Positions 27,001-38,643 of a stretch of DNA of 64,000 nucleotides are shown piece after piece. The number at the start of each line of letters is the position of its first letter. Within the stretch, counting starts at the first letter, position 1. Made by a program: the position numbers and the translations under genes. The DNA comes from Ruditapes philippinarum (Eukaryota). The stretch spans positions 124,001 to 188,000 of the forward strand of contig NW_026856228.1 of assembly GCF_026571515.1 (NCBI RefSeq). Direction: 5' to 3'. The notes under the pieces were generated by a model. That model was given only the letters and a program-made list of their open reading frames with translations. It was not told where the DNA came from and did not search any database.

Positions 27001-30000
27001 TCGTGCCTTGGTTTGGAATCTATTATTTGACATAGCCATCCCAAACTAGCTTATAGAATATTGGCGGTTCTACGTGCTAAAAATAATACCTTTGCCACAC
27101 TTTTTCCTTCTCCAGTAAAGCTTGAAAATTATTATATGACCTGTAAAGTCTTGATGTGACATAAAAACCAACAAATAAATCTCTGATCTTAGAAATTCCG
27201 AGAATGTAAGAAAACTGCGGTTTTGGACACTAAAAATAAGAAAACCATTTATCTTTTACAAATGTGAATTTCTTTTTAGAAAGGTTATCTATGCAGTAGC
27301 ACACAAAATTGAATCTGGTACAGCAACAGTGTATTAAACATATAGAGGGTTTTTCTTTGATTTACCTGTTAATTGCTTTTCAAAAATGCTGGATCTTTTC
27401 AAACAGAGCCCATTTAGCCTCTCCTAACTCATCGTCGGAACCCACGGTACACATTCGGTATATACTACATTTAATACATGTATACGGTAAATAGCCTGGG
27501 TTACTGAGGATGATCCTAATTTGGAAATATGGAGAACTCTTGCCACATCCAATAAACGGATTGATTTATGTTCGCGAAAATATAAAAGGCTGGACTCTCT
27601 CTAAATATTGTCTTCAGCAATCAACCACCCCATACTATGTTTAGCCCTTCCTCTGATAATGAGATATATAAAGTCCATAAAACATTATCAAAAAGATATT
27701 AAAAAGAAATAGTTTTGAAATTATATAATAGGGAAACGCCTAAGAAAATGTTGATATGAACCAAATCTGTTGTATGTGCATTTATTATAATCATGCTGTA
27801 AAATAATGATGTAAATTTGTGTTGATATATCAATTCTGTTGTATTAACAAACCTGAAAGACACCCAATTGTTTTGTTTTTATTCATTCAATAAGATATAT
27901 CTACGTAAAAAGCCATTTTTCTCTCACATCACATTACACTTTGTGTAGAAGTCAAGTGTCTATCCATCTTCTAACTAATTATGCAACAACTGTTCTATAA
28001 ATGCTGACAACAACATTGAAAACATTACTTAAAATCTACATACAACTGGCACTGGTATCATGAGGGTAGATTATCATGCTACACAACATTTAGAAAGAAA
28101 ACAATTGAAGCAGATTTAATATGTTATAATATGAATAAAATGGTTGAGGATCGGAAAAGATATATGATTAAAATCTATATCAAATGCAATTTTGGAGTCT
28201 GGTCTGTTAACACCTCATTTTATTTTTCTCTTCGCATATGTCATCTTAGTATTTAAGTAAATTTTGTGTTTTAAAACCATTTTGGTAAGTGAAATCTATT
28301 GCATTTTGACATTTGATTATTAGACTTATCTAAATTGTCTAGAATGATAGAATAAAAAAATAGTTAAAACATAAGATATAAAACTTTGTAAAGAACAGAA
28401 CAGAATTTTCTTTTGGATTTGTACATAGTGCATCATCACTACAATATTAATACACAAATTGTAAAGATGTCACGTTTCTTTTTAACAAATAATATAGGAT
28501 TTAATATATAGTATTGAATTTAATGTAAAGCTGGAGAATGAACAATAATGGATAAAGACTATATTATAACCACTTATAAAACAATTTGTTACGCAGAGTA
28601 TACAACAAATAAATTGAATTTTAAGTATAAATTTGTAACAAAATATCAAAATTCAGTTGTTAGTACTAACAATAATGTTCCTGATTTTAATCGATTCTCT
28701 CAAATATTTAGCTAGATTAGTAAGTTTAATTTTTTATTATTAGAAGTAATCAGTTCAATAAATTTACACATTGATGGGCATTTATAATTATATCGTTTCA
28801 CATATTTTTTTCCTCATGTCAACATAGCATGGGCATATCAAAACAAAGTGGTATTTGTCTTCTAAATCCATAGTATTACAACATTAACAATATCTTTCAC
28901 TAAGTAAAAGATAAACTCTCTTTTAATGATTACTTCATTCAAAATTGTGTTTAAAATCGCGAAATTATATGACACATTTTGTCATCTGCATAATCGATTG
29001 ATTGGTGGTCAATAATATATATCTACTGACATATTTTTCCCTAAAATTTATACAGAAGAATATAAAAATGACTAAAATTACTCACATTTGCACTAGGAAT
29101 GCAGGAATTGAAGTAACTTCAGATCTTTCAACGAAAATATAATAAACGTGACGTCACCGAACGTGCATAAAATTTAAGTATGGTGTAATTTAAGAAACAC
29201 ATTTAAATATCGATTTTTACTAAATCTTTATGATCGATTTTTCAGGATTCTGCAAGGAGATTTTTGGAGGACTTTTTTTCTCAAAATGTAGATAATGTTT
29301 ATCTTTTATTTAATCGTGAAAACATTTGTGAAGGAATTAGTTTAACCATAATTTCTATTATGACTGGCCTATTAAACTTGGCTCATGAAACACCCATAGC
29401 AGGTCATTAAGGTGTTAATAAAACCTACCATGAAATTCTCAATCATTTTTATTGGCCTGGCCTTAAAGCAGATGTATCTAGGTACTGTAAATCTTGTCAT
29501 ACTTGTCAGATGGTTGGAAAACCTAACCAGACAATACCTAAAGCTCATTTACAGCCTATTCCTGCATTTGATGAACCTTTTAGTAGAGTTATTATTGACT
29601 GTGTAGGTCCATTACCAAAAACTAAATCAGGTTCTCAGTACTTATTAACTATTATGTGTGCTTCTACGCGCTTCCCTGAAGCTATTCCTTTAAGAAATAT
29701 TAAAGCCAAAACTATTGTCAAGGCTCTTGTGAAATTTTTCACATTTGTTGGTTTACCTAAATCAGTACAGTCTGATCAAGGGTCAAACTTTATGTCTGGT
29801 ATTTTCCAGCAGGTCATGCACGAGTTAGGAATTACTCAATATAGGTCTTCAGCCTATCACCCTGAAAGTCAAGGTGCATTAGAAAGATTTCACCAGACTC
29901 TGAAAAATATGATAAGGTCATATTGTTTTGACACTGAAAAAGACTGGGATGAAGGCATCCATTTATTGTTATTTGCTGTAAGAGAATATGTTCAGGAATC

Positions 30001-33000
30001 TCTTGGCTTCAGCCCTTTTGAATTAGTATTTGGTCACATTGTCCGAGGACCCTCAAAACCTCTAAAAAAGAAATTCCTGTCTGAAGATGACATATCTTTA
30101 AATTTGCTTAGTATGTATCAGATTTTCGAAAAAGGTTGACTAATGCATGTGAGTTAGCTAGGCTTAATTTAAAATCAACACAAAGTAAAATGAAATCAAG
30201 GTATGATGAGAATGCTCAGGTAAGAAGTTTTAACCCTGGTGATAGAGTACTTGCTCTTTTACCTATACATGGAAAACCATTACAGGCAAGATACTTTGGT
30301 CCTTATACTATTGAAAAGAAAGTCAGTGACCTAAATTATATTATTAATACTCCTGGGAGGCGAAAGCAAAAACAAATGAATATTTTGACAGAGATAGCAC
30401 AATTAGTGAACCTATATCTTTTGTTAACTCTGTTCCACAAGATCAAAGTTCAGTTGAATCTAATAGTTATGAAAGTTTTGAAAAGTCTGATCCTGGTTCA
30501 GCAAAGCTTGAAAACTCTGATATTCTGAAAAATCTGGATGAAAAACTTGCTCACTTAGAACCGTCGAAACGAGATGAACTGAAACAGCTTATTTATGAAT
30601 ATGAACACTTATTTCCTGATATTCCCACACGGACTGATAAAATACATCATGACGTCATTCTTGAAAACTCTGAACCAATAAAACAACATCCATATAGAAC
30701 AAATCCTGTAAAACAAAAGTACCTAAGACAAGAAGTTCAGTATTTATTGGATAATGACTTTATTGAACCAAGTCAAAGCAGTTACAGCTCTCCATGTATT
30801 CTTGTACCGAAATCAAATGGAACATATAGAATGTGTACAGATTATCGTAAAGTGAACTCTGTAACAAAAACTGATTCATTTCCTATACCAAGAATTGATG
30901 ACTGTATTGACAAAATTGGAAAAGCAAAGTATGTAACAAAGTTTGATCTTCTAAAAGGATTCTGGCAAGTTCCACTTACTGATAGAGCTAAAGAAATATC
31001 AGCCTTTGTAACACCAGACGGCTTATATCAATATAAAGTCATGCCATTTGGTATTGGTATAATGAACATCAGAAAAATTACTCTACTATAGAGAAAGAGT
31101 GCCTTGCTCTTATTCTTGCTATTCAGCATTTTGAAGTTTATCTAACTTCTTCAAAGTTGCCTGTTGTTGTCTTTAGTGATCACAATCCCCTCACTTTCTT
31201 GCATAAACTTAAAAACAAAAATCAAAGGTTGTTGAGGTGGAGCTTATTTTTGCAAGAATATAGTCTTGACATTAGACACATTAAAGGGAAAGATAATTTG
31301 ATCCCTGATGCACTTTCACGTGTCTAAAACTGTAATTTTCAGTATTTTACATTTTACATCTATATCATATGATTGTTTAAATTTACTTTGTTGTTTGCTA
31401 TTGTTTACAATAGACATATATATATGATTTTATATATAAAATTGTTTAACATTTCTCCTAAGTTTTTTTTTATAAGTAACACTGTTCGGATTTATGTAAA
31501 ATAAATATTCATTTCATTCATATTTCTTTTTCTTGAAGAGGGGAAGTGTTATGTATGCAATATATTACATGTATATAGTATATCTTTGACAAGTTATTTC
31601 CAATATTATCACTGTTCTATTTTTAGAACATAAACTATATGTATGTACTAGAAGTTTCTTAACTGATGTAAAAAAGTCTAGATTATGTTTCGTGCATTAT
31701 ATTTAGATAGAAATTTCCCGATTATTCTTTACTGTTAAAGGTGCTAGATTATGATTACTGTAGACTGATTTAGAATGTTCTTAATTTTTATATAAGGGGA
31801 CATTTTTCATTTTCTTGATCTTTTAAGTCATCAGTTACCTTTTAAGTCATCAATACACTTGGAGTATTATTCAACTTGGATATTAAGTAATTTATTAAAC
31901 ATAAATTGTTATTTAATTTTTCTTTAATAATTTTTCTGTAATAAATTTGTTATTGTTACAAGTTTGTTGCTGGCTTTTCTTTCTCGTTACGCCTGGCTCG
32001 TAACACATACACAAAATTTCAATCCTTAAATCTTTGGTAAAACGTACAGTTTTATGATCTTGAAATGTTATAACTAAAATATACTGGTAAACCTTCGAGA
32101 GAGCAATAGAATGTACAAAATAGCAAGAATTTAATATATGGGAGAAGGGATTCATCACATCAGGACAGGCCTTAAAAATAAGTCTTTTCATCAAATTTTC
32201 CTCTAATTAGTCGGAAATAAGTCTGGTCCTGTACGACTTAGCATTGTCATTGAACGATTTAATTTTTTCGGATACCAATAATTACGAAATAGATAAAATA
32301 CAGAATCCCTAAAGAAAACGAAAACATGACTTCAAACTGTGATAAACATTCTTGCCAAACTGCTTATTTATGACATAAATAATAACTTGGAATGATGATT
32401 AATGTAAAGAATGTAAGTTTTGGTACAATCCCTTTCATACAGTTGTAAAATTTGAGGCAATTTTTGGCCTCCATGACAGATGAGTTACCAAGACCTAAGT
32501 AGAATATTCACACCTGTTAAAAGTTATGACCGAGCCTGCAATATTTTCAATTTTGCCGTGTTGCGCTTTCTTTATGGATTCTTATTTTCTCTATTGAACA
32601 CATTTATAGCGATTGCCTCATAATAAAATTGACATGTTTGAGACACAAATCAATTGTTCTCGATTCTACGGATATTCTTTTAGAAAGATACAAATTTACA
32701 ACTATCATTTCTTTGCAGGTCTTTGACCTGATTGATTCAATAAATCCACCTGGTAATCGTCCCTATATATTTCTAGAATTTAAATGTAAGAAAGATTTTC
32801 AGTATTGCTATTACTATGCATTGCCGGCAAAGTTAAAAACGTAGTATAATGACTGTATAAACCAATTTTAAATTGTTATAACCCTATCGGTATACAATAT
32901 TAATGTTTTAACTCGATTTATTTGTAGATAAAATGTTGATTTGTTCGGTGCTAACAATATAATTTGTTAAACTTGCATTAAATCTGAATCAACCATTGAA

Positions 33001-33670
33001 ATACCTTTGATATGTTTCAATTTGCTGTCTTGTTAGAAATCTTTCTTCGCTGCGTGGAATAAAGAATAGCGTGGTAACCCTATGAATTCTTGAGTATTAT
33101 ACATGCTGTCTGATCATGGTCTGCACTGTTCGATTTTCAGTTAGTTAAAATTTTGAAAAAAAAAGACATGAAAGGACTTGTCCAGATTAAAAAGATGTAC
33201 AAGTCCATTTTTTTATATTTAACGTGGTAAGAATAAGAAAGGAACAATGTTCTTCATCAAATAAAAATGTGAGTTATACATAATAAATATAATATCTTGA
33301 ACGAGTGGGATTATTTTGTAACTTGCAAGATTAATGTACTTAACTAAAACTAATTACCTGTAATATGTGTTATATAGATTATTTCCTTTCCTTTCCTTTC
33401 AATAGTTTCAAGCGGCGTCATGACAGGAGGATCCTTATTATGTAACTTGCAAAATTCTGTTGATCTGTTATAATTGAAGGAAAGGCATCCGGGTGTCTGT
33501 TGACAAATCATTCCACAAGTTGATTGTGACGGCGATGATATGAGCAATAAATTGGAAATCATTTTAGAATCCAGTATTGCACAGTATTTTAAATTTTGCA
33601 TTGCTAGACAGAAAATGTTTATGTGAAAATAAACCATTAAATAAGCCAATGGAAACACACATCTTCCCAT
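21037..33670 (-). CDS. Secreted PAN/apple-domain + C-type lectin domain protein, 233 aa
   Basis: join(33358-33670, 22562-22644, 21999-22086, 21037-21254), all GT-AG, phases 1/0/1, 702 nt, no internal stops. Hydrophobic N-terminus; PAN motif CGMICQQTPGCLSFNYN...CKLH; CTLD CESGWDKYGDKCYFFS...W..S..LC...ANLVKVD...WIG...YRWIDGS...WAPGKPN...C...W...C...FICEK. Confidence 0.88.
22805..23417 (+). repeat. 5' LTR
   Basis: TGTTATGTATGCAA...GGCTCGTAACA, direct repeat of 31547-32005. Confidence 0.95.
23423..23440 (+). promoter_or_regulatory. Primer binding site, tRNA-Pro
   Basis: TGGGGGCTTGTCCGGGAT matches 17 of 18 nt of the complement of the tRNA-Pro 3' end (TGGGGGCTCGTCCGGGAT), 5 nt after the LTR. Confidence 0.9.
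23615..25715 (+). pseudogene. gag (SCAN-related capsid, zinc knuckle), aspartic protease and start of integrase of the Gmr1-like element
   Basis: MSFDLEKFVAEPS..., an E/K/R-rich coil, ORFs 23998-24330 and 24575-24961, LRDTGASQS, LGNDLAG, YPSCAVTRAMAK. Disrupted. Confidence 0.88.
25716..29371. mobile_element. 3656-bp non-autonomous DNA transposon nested in the integrase (TAGGC...GCCTA ends, TTA TSD; Academ- or PIF/Harbinger-like)
   Basis: Removing it and one TTA restores YRQEIL|NLAHETP. Termini are TAGGCTAG / CTGGCCTA. Subterminal inverted blocks: AAAC(A/T)AATTCCTTCA, TTATCTAC and GAAAAAA(A)GTCCTC. Confidence 0.85.
26945..27180 (+). mobile_element. Degenerate tRNA-derived V-SINE
   Basis: Collinear with 35464-35722: TTAAGGTCACTGACTT, GGCGGTTCTAC, CAGTAAAGCT.GAAA...ATATGACCT, A-rich tail. 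Confidence 0.7.
29375..31327 (+). pseudogene. Integrase, reverse transcriptase and RNase H of the Gmr1-like element
   Basis: HHCC (AHETP..GH...CKSCHTC), IIDCVGPLP, QSDQGSNF, GALERFHQTLK and FGPY, then YRMCTDYRKVN, FDLLKGFWQ, YKVMPFG. An internal deletion follows, then NYSTIEKECLAL, SDHNPL and DALSRV*. Confidence 0.92.
31547..32005 (+). repeat. 3' LTR (about 167-bp internal deletion relative to the 5' LTR)
   Basis: Direct repeat of 22805-23417, preceded by the polypurine tract GAAGAGGGGAAG. Confidence 0.95.
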
Positions 33671-34174
33671 TTTTTTATAAATCAAAAGCTCTTTCTCTTT
33701 CTGTGCAGATAAGCTTATGTTCAGCAAATACTGCAGAAAGTCTAGCAAGAATCGTTCAACTTAATATTTACAGTTACTGTAATAATAATTATATGAAACT
33801 ATAAAATATTTTTTCTATGTAATATCAAATGTGTCTTATTTCAAATGAGAAAATTTATAAGTGCAATGTATTTAAAGACTGCGGATATTGCATAACAATT
33901 GATACACCGCTTTTATCCCCAGGAAAATCTAGCTCTCTCGAGTACAAAATCCTTTGCGCTTGAAAAGGCAAGAATCTCTTAGAGAGTTTTATCTTCCTCG
34001 ACATAAACATGCGTTTTAAAAGTGAATAAAATATTCAAAACCGATGCAAGATAAATAACAAGTATCATTGGCATCTCTTTAGGTTTAGTTCACAAAAACA
34101 TGATTTAAAAGTAATGAATTCTTCGAAAACTAAACAAATACTTTCGAAAACGAATACCCACAACAAGCTTGGGC

Positions 34175-34420
34175 AATATTAGATTGCTGCATACCAACGC
34201 GTCATCGCACGCAAACTTTCTAAAGTTCTAAAGCTGAAGTCGTTGTGCTCCCCCATTCTCTGTATTCACCTGGTATTGCCTCTTCTGACTTCCTTTTGTT
34301 TCCAAAGTATAAAAATACCTTTCATCGCAAACATCTTGGTTATGCAATATTCAAGTGTTTTTTAAAGTACACCTGAAAAAGGACTATGAGAATGCCTTCA
34401 AGAATGAATTCGAAGATTGT
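34175..34420 (+). mobile_element. Old mariner transposase remnant
   Basis: Translates to LLHTNASSH...VLPHSLYSPGIASSDFLLFPKYK, a degenerate LHDNAxxH / LPHPPYSPDLAPSDFFLFPKLK. Confidence 0.7.
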
Positions 34421-35463
34421 ATCTTACTTGACATGTACATCTGTTAGGGATGATAAGTTTATATAATCATAATTAAAACTCCAGTCTGCAATTATGTTTT
34501 TTGTTGTGATTAATGCTTCCGAGGGATCACACTTTATCCAGAGTTTTATACTTCAAAACAGCAAGTGTCAAGTGCTGTGTGACAGCAGTAAACAGTGGCC
34601 CCGTACTTCACTTCAGTGTTCTATTTTCTATTTTTGAATATTAATTCTGAAACTTTCCCTAAGTTATTACACTCGTACTTGCTTAAATGATTAATTGAAG
34701 TACATACCGCTTATCGAAAATACTAACGTGTTCAGAAACAAAGGTTTAGCACATGATATTAAGGACTCCGCATACGGAATAGTGTTTCTCAAGAGACTTT
34801 TGGCAAAAAGCTCAGAATCACACGAGTCATACATTACCTGTACACATAATTGATCCGTTTTAAGTGAGAAGGAATTATAAAATTTGATAGGAGCTGGCAA
34901 TAAAGGAATCTTCCTAACATAAAATTGATGTGAAAATGTGAAAGATCTAATGGAATTCATCGGGTTGGTATTCCGGAAGGAGCAAGTGCAATTTCAACTT
35001 GACTTTCTTCTACCATGCATAGTAGGCCACGCATAGTACTTGTACATGTTACATGCTGAAGACTCAGCTATGAAAAATTATCGTGAAAAGACAGCATGAC
35101 CCTCGTGCACATTTTAGAATATGGCACGTGGTTTCCTCAGTTCATGTTTAAATGAAGAGTTCTTCGGCAATGCTACGAAAAATTAACAACCGATACGTGC
35201 CGTAGAGAAATCAAAATTTGCCTGAACAATAAAACAAGACAATATACTGGAAAATCCTGAAAAGTGTGACTTTTTTGTTCACAATAAATAGTTTATTTAT
35301 GATTCAACTTCGTTTCGTATTCAATAGGAAATTTCACTATTTTTGCAGCTTGTAAATCTATTTTAAATTAGTTAAACTGCTCATTTATCGACATATGTTT
35401 TTCATGTGTAATAACCTCTTTTTATGTTATTTTTTTTTCGTTTTAAAAGGTTTAAAAACCTTA

Positions 35464-35722
35464 GGGGCGACCGTGGTTGAGTGGTTAAGGTTATTGACTT
35501 CCAGGCACTTGCCACTCATTGCTGTAAAATCGAGCATCGCAAGCGTCTTTGGACTATGTCATATGAGAAAGCTACCCAGCTTCCTGACGGAATGTCGGCG
35601 GTTCTACTTAGGTGCCTCTTAGTGTCTGAAAAAATGCAGAGAGTAGCACTTCAGCTTGTCCTCCATCAGTAAAGCTGAAAAGTTACTATATGACCTATAC
35701 TGTGTTGGTGCGACTTAACCAC
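35464..35722 (+). mobile_element. tRNA-derived V-SINE (bivalve type), with partial tail duplication near 35827-35865
   Basis: tRNA-like head GGGGCGACCGTGGTTGAGTGGTTAAGG; V-domain-like GAGAAAGCTACCCAGC...GTCGGCGGTTCTACTTAGGTGCC; tail ATATGACCTATACTGTGTTGGTGCGAC. Confidence 0.8.
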
Positions 35723-36740
35723 AAGCTTTTAGCTTTTATGAAAACCTATTTAACATGACTGATTAAGACTTATAAAACACGTCATGCAATTTGTATAATC
35801 GTTTGATCTTAATCTTGATGCTCTTAAAATCGCCATATGACCTATTCTGTGTTAGTGCGACTCAAGAGTATAAAAATGCTTTTAGCTTTTAGCATAACTA
35901 ATTGTACACATTTCTTTATCTTGATGCGCTTAAAAGGTTGTTTTTACAATTCAAACATATGAATTAACAATAAATGAAAGCGCAAAACCTAAGATTAGAG
36001 ATAAGTGGAACATTCACATGGGGTTTTGTTATATACAAAGATTGGTGGTGGTGATATGTAAGCTGGAAGCCTCTTTAAATGCGTCTTCAAAAGAAATTGC
36101 TCTGAAGTGTCGTTATTGAAGTGTAAGTTCTTGTTAGTAATTAATTAACTATATGTTACCATATTTCATTCAAACGTTTTAGAAAACCCATTTTTAAATG
36201 ATCTCATCCTAGTAGCTACTGTTGTCCGACTGAGATTTTCGACATACCTGCATGTTATTTAGAATCCAAAAAGCCGAATTAAGTCTAGAAAATTGTTTAC
36301 TGAGTATTTAAAAATGTTTAAAGGAAAACGCATTAAAGTATTCATGTAAAGAAGTCTCTAAAATAACTTTACCATCATTCTATAGCTATAGAGTAAAAAT
36401 ATCGCTTGTTTCAATTGCCGTCTATTATGACAAAGTCCTTCACTGTCAAAGAACGTATAATCCTTCTAAAATGTGGTATGATAAGAAAAACAAAAATTGG
36501 CCTCAGACTATATTATTATCATTGAATTTCATATTCATTATCTTATAGAGCTAAACAGAAATAGCACATGTATATATTCTTTATGATAATTCAATTTAAA
36601 TTTTCATGTTTATTTTTCCAAGTACTCGTAATTGTGTAATCGATCGGAGGAATGACCGAGTAAAGAGTCATGAACGAGTACCATATATTCATTTCCTGAC
36701 GTGCTTTGAAAATTACATTTTTCTTTTGATCCATTTTCAA

Positions 36741-37034
36741 CGGAATACCTTTGGGTCTATCGTGGTTATACTTTATAATCCAGAGGGCGACAATGCGACA
36801 GTACAATAGTTCGATGACGAAAATACGACAATGCGATGATGACAATACGACAGTGCGATGACCACAATGCGATAGCGCTATGACGACAACGCGGTAGTAC
36901 TATCGCACTATCGTATTGTCGCCATCGCATTGTCGCACTGTCACTATCGTACTATCGCATTGTCGCCATCGCACTGTCGCATTGTCGCCCTCTGCATTAT
37001 AAAGTATAACCACGATGGCCATGACGGTATTCCG
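36741..37034. mobile_element. Foldback (palindromic) MITE with internal short tandem repeats
   Basis: Arms CGGAATACC...ATCGTGGTTATACTTTATAAT(C/G)CAGAGGGCGACAATGCGACAGT are inverted copies. The interior is (GACAATGC/GATAGTAC)-like repeats that switch strand near 36898. Confidence 0.85.
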
Positions 37035-38643
37035 TAATTTTCAGTATATTATTGTTCAACATGTTATCTTAAGTATCTGCAAGATTAGTGTAACAATATC
37101 CGAATGCAAAATGGTACAATGTATTGATAAAATCTAGTTTTAAGATAAAATATGTTTAAAAAATGTTTACCTCATATTTAATGTATTATCCGGTTTAGTT
37201 ATTGCTTCCACATATCAATTTTAAAATTTATAGCTAATTTTTGTCAGTTTTTTTCCTGATGATTTGTGATATTGTCAGTTCGTTCACAAATTGGCCTATT
37301 TAAGAGCAACATTTTGTTTACAACAACTGTATCATTTTACATCAACAGAAACCTTTGTCTTAAATAAATACTGTCCAGACATAATTAACAAAATAGATAT
37401 AATTGTCATGCTCAGTCATCATTCCAAAGTTTTGAAACAGAAACACCTATGCTTAAAGCTTAAGAATGTTACAAAGCTGCTCTGGGTTTCAAGGAAAATG
37501 TACTAAGAATAATATTTTAAGTTTCCAAATGGACTGGGATACGATCAAGTGTAACAACCGCCGTATGAACACATCTGCGGAGGATTCTAAACTCAAAATT
37601 TCACCATTACCATGATTAAATGTTGAATACTGTTTAAGCCGGTGCTAAAGACAAGGACGCTTGTGTGCACTTGACAGTACCGTTTATATTAATTTTAGGG
37701 ATTTTTATGATCTCTATTTTATCATCAATTATGAAAATGGACGTTGCTACATGTTACTGTCAATTTTGACCTTACATAAATATCAGACGGATTGTGTTTT
37801 CAAGATCATTTTCACGCTTAATAAATATATCATATCACAGCAAATAATTATAATTTTATCATAAGCAGCGCAAAAGTCTTGTAGAATTTTTTTTATTTGA
37901 TTTTATGTTAGTAAAGTATTTGAAGCATTTACATTTATATCTAACGAGTCATTTTCTTGATCTTATTATCTTAATATATACAAATATATCATGTCAGGTC
38001 AATGTAACACTTCAATATGGGGAATTGGTCTCACAAGTCAGTCATTCATCTCTATAACATTTTACATGTTGCATGTAAGCTATTCAGAAGATGGCCTTAA
38101 GTAGATCATATGCCAAAGTTTAGCGCAAGAATATATAGTAACCTATCATTTGCATAGTCAACCCATCGTGATTATAAGCTAAGCCAAAGGAAATTTACCG
38201 ATTTCAAATGCTAAGGATATGACGATTGATAGCCGTCTTTTTTTCCTTCATTTAACAGTGAACTTTAGCACTCTCTAGATCAAATTAACATATAAAATCA
38301 TTTTACGGAGATGCAGGCGATGCGGGCCAGATCACAGTCCAGGTTTGAACTTCAGGGTCAGTGCAACAAAAACAGGACAATTCATATACGTTGGTGTTTT
38401 AGTGTTGTGACTCCATTATTTGTCTAACACTGATATGTCGCGGCTTAGATCAATATACAAAAATGTATGTTTTTATCTTTCTGAAGAGTAATTATTTTCA
38501 CTTGCTTTTTTGTTGATTTAAAATAAAATATATATACAAATCTATATGCATTTGTTCTGTAAAATGAGTGAGAACAAGATGGTTTTACATTTTGAAATGT
38601 TTATATTCCAAATTTTGAGAGTAAACAGTTTGAATTAGATCTA

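Larger units (their letters stand above)
22805..32005 (+). mobile_element. Full-length, inactivated Gmr1-like Ty3/gypsy LTR retrotransposon (gag-PR-IN-RT-RH)
   Basis: TG...CA LTRs at 22805-23417 and 31547-32005; 4-bp TSD CATA (22801-04, 32006-09); PBS 23423-40; PPT 31535-46. gag starts at ATG 23615 (IRLVPPFQEKEIDKYFLHFEKVA; knuckle CNYCKKAGH); protease LRDTGAS near 24960; integrase near 25690 plus 29375-30400; RT near 30650-31055; RNase H to 31327. Many stops and frameshifts. Confidence 0.95.

Noticed and set aside
27385-27435. TMS*ERLNGLCL resembling a hAT dimerisation motif
   Set aside because: Isolated; the host element has a 3-bp, not 8-bp, TSD and no other hAT motifs.
36790-36990. Short regular repeats that could suggest a CRISPR array
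   Set aside because: No unique spacers and no cas genes; the locus is eukaryotic and the repeats are arms of a foldback element.
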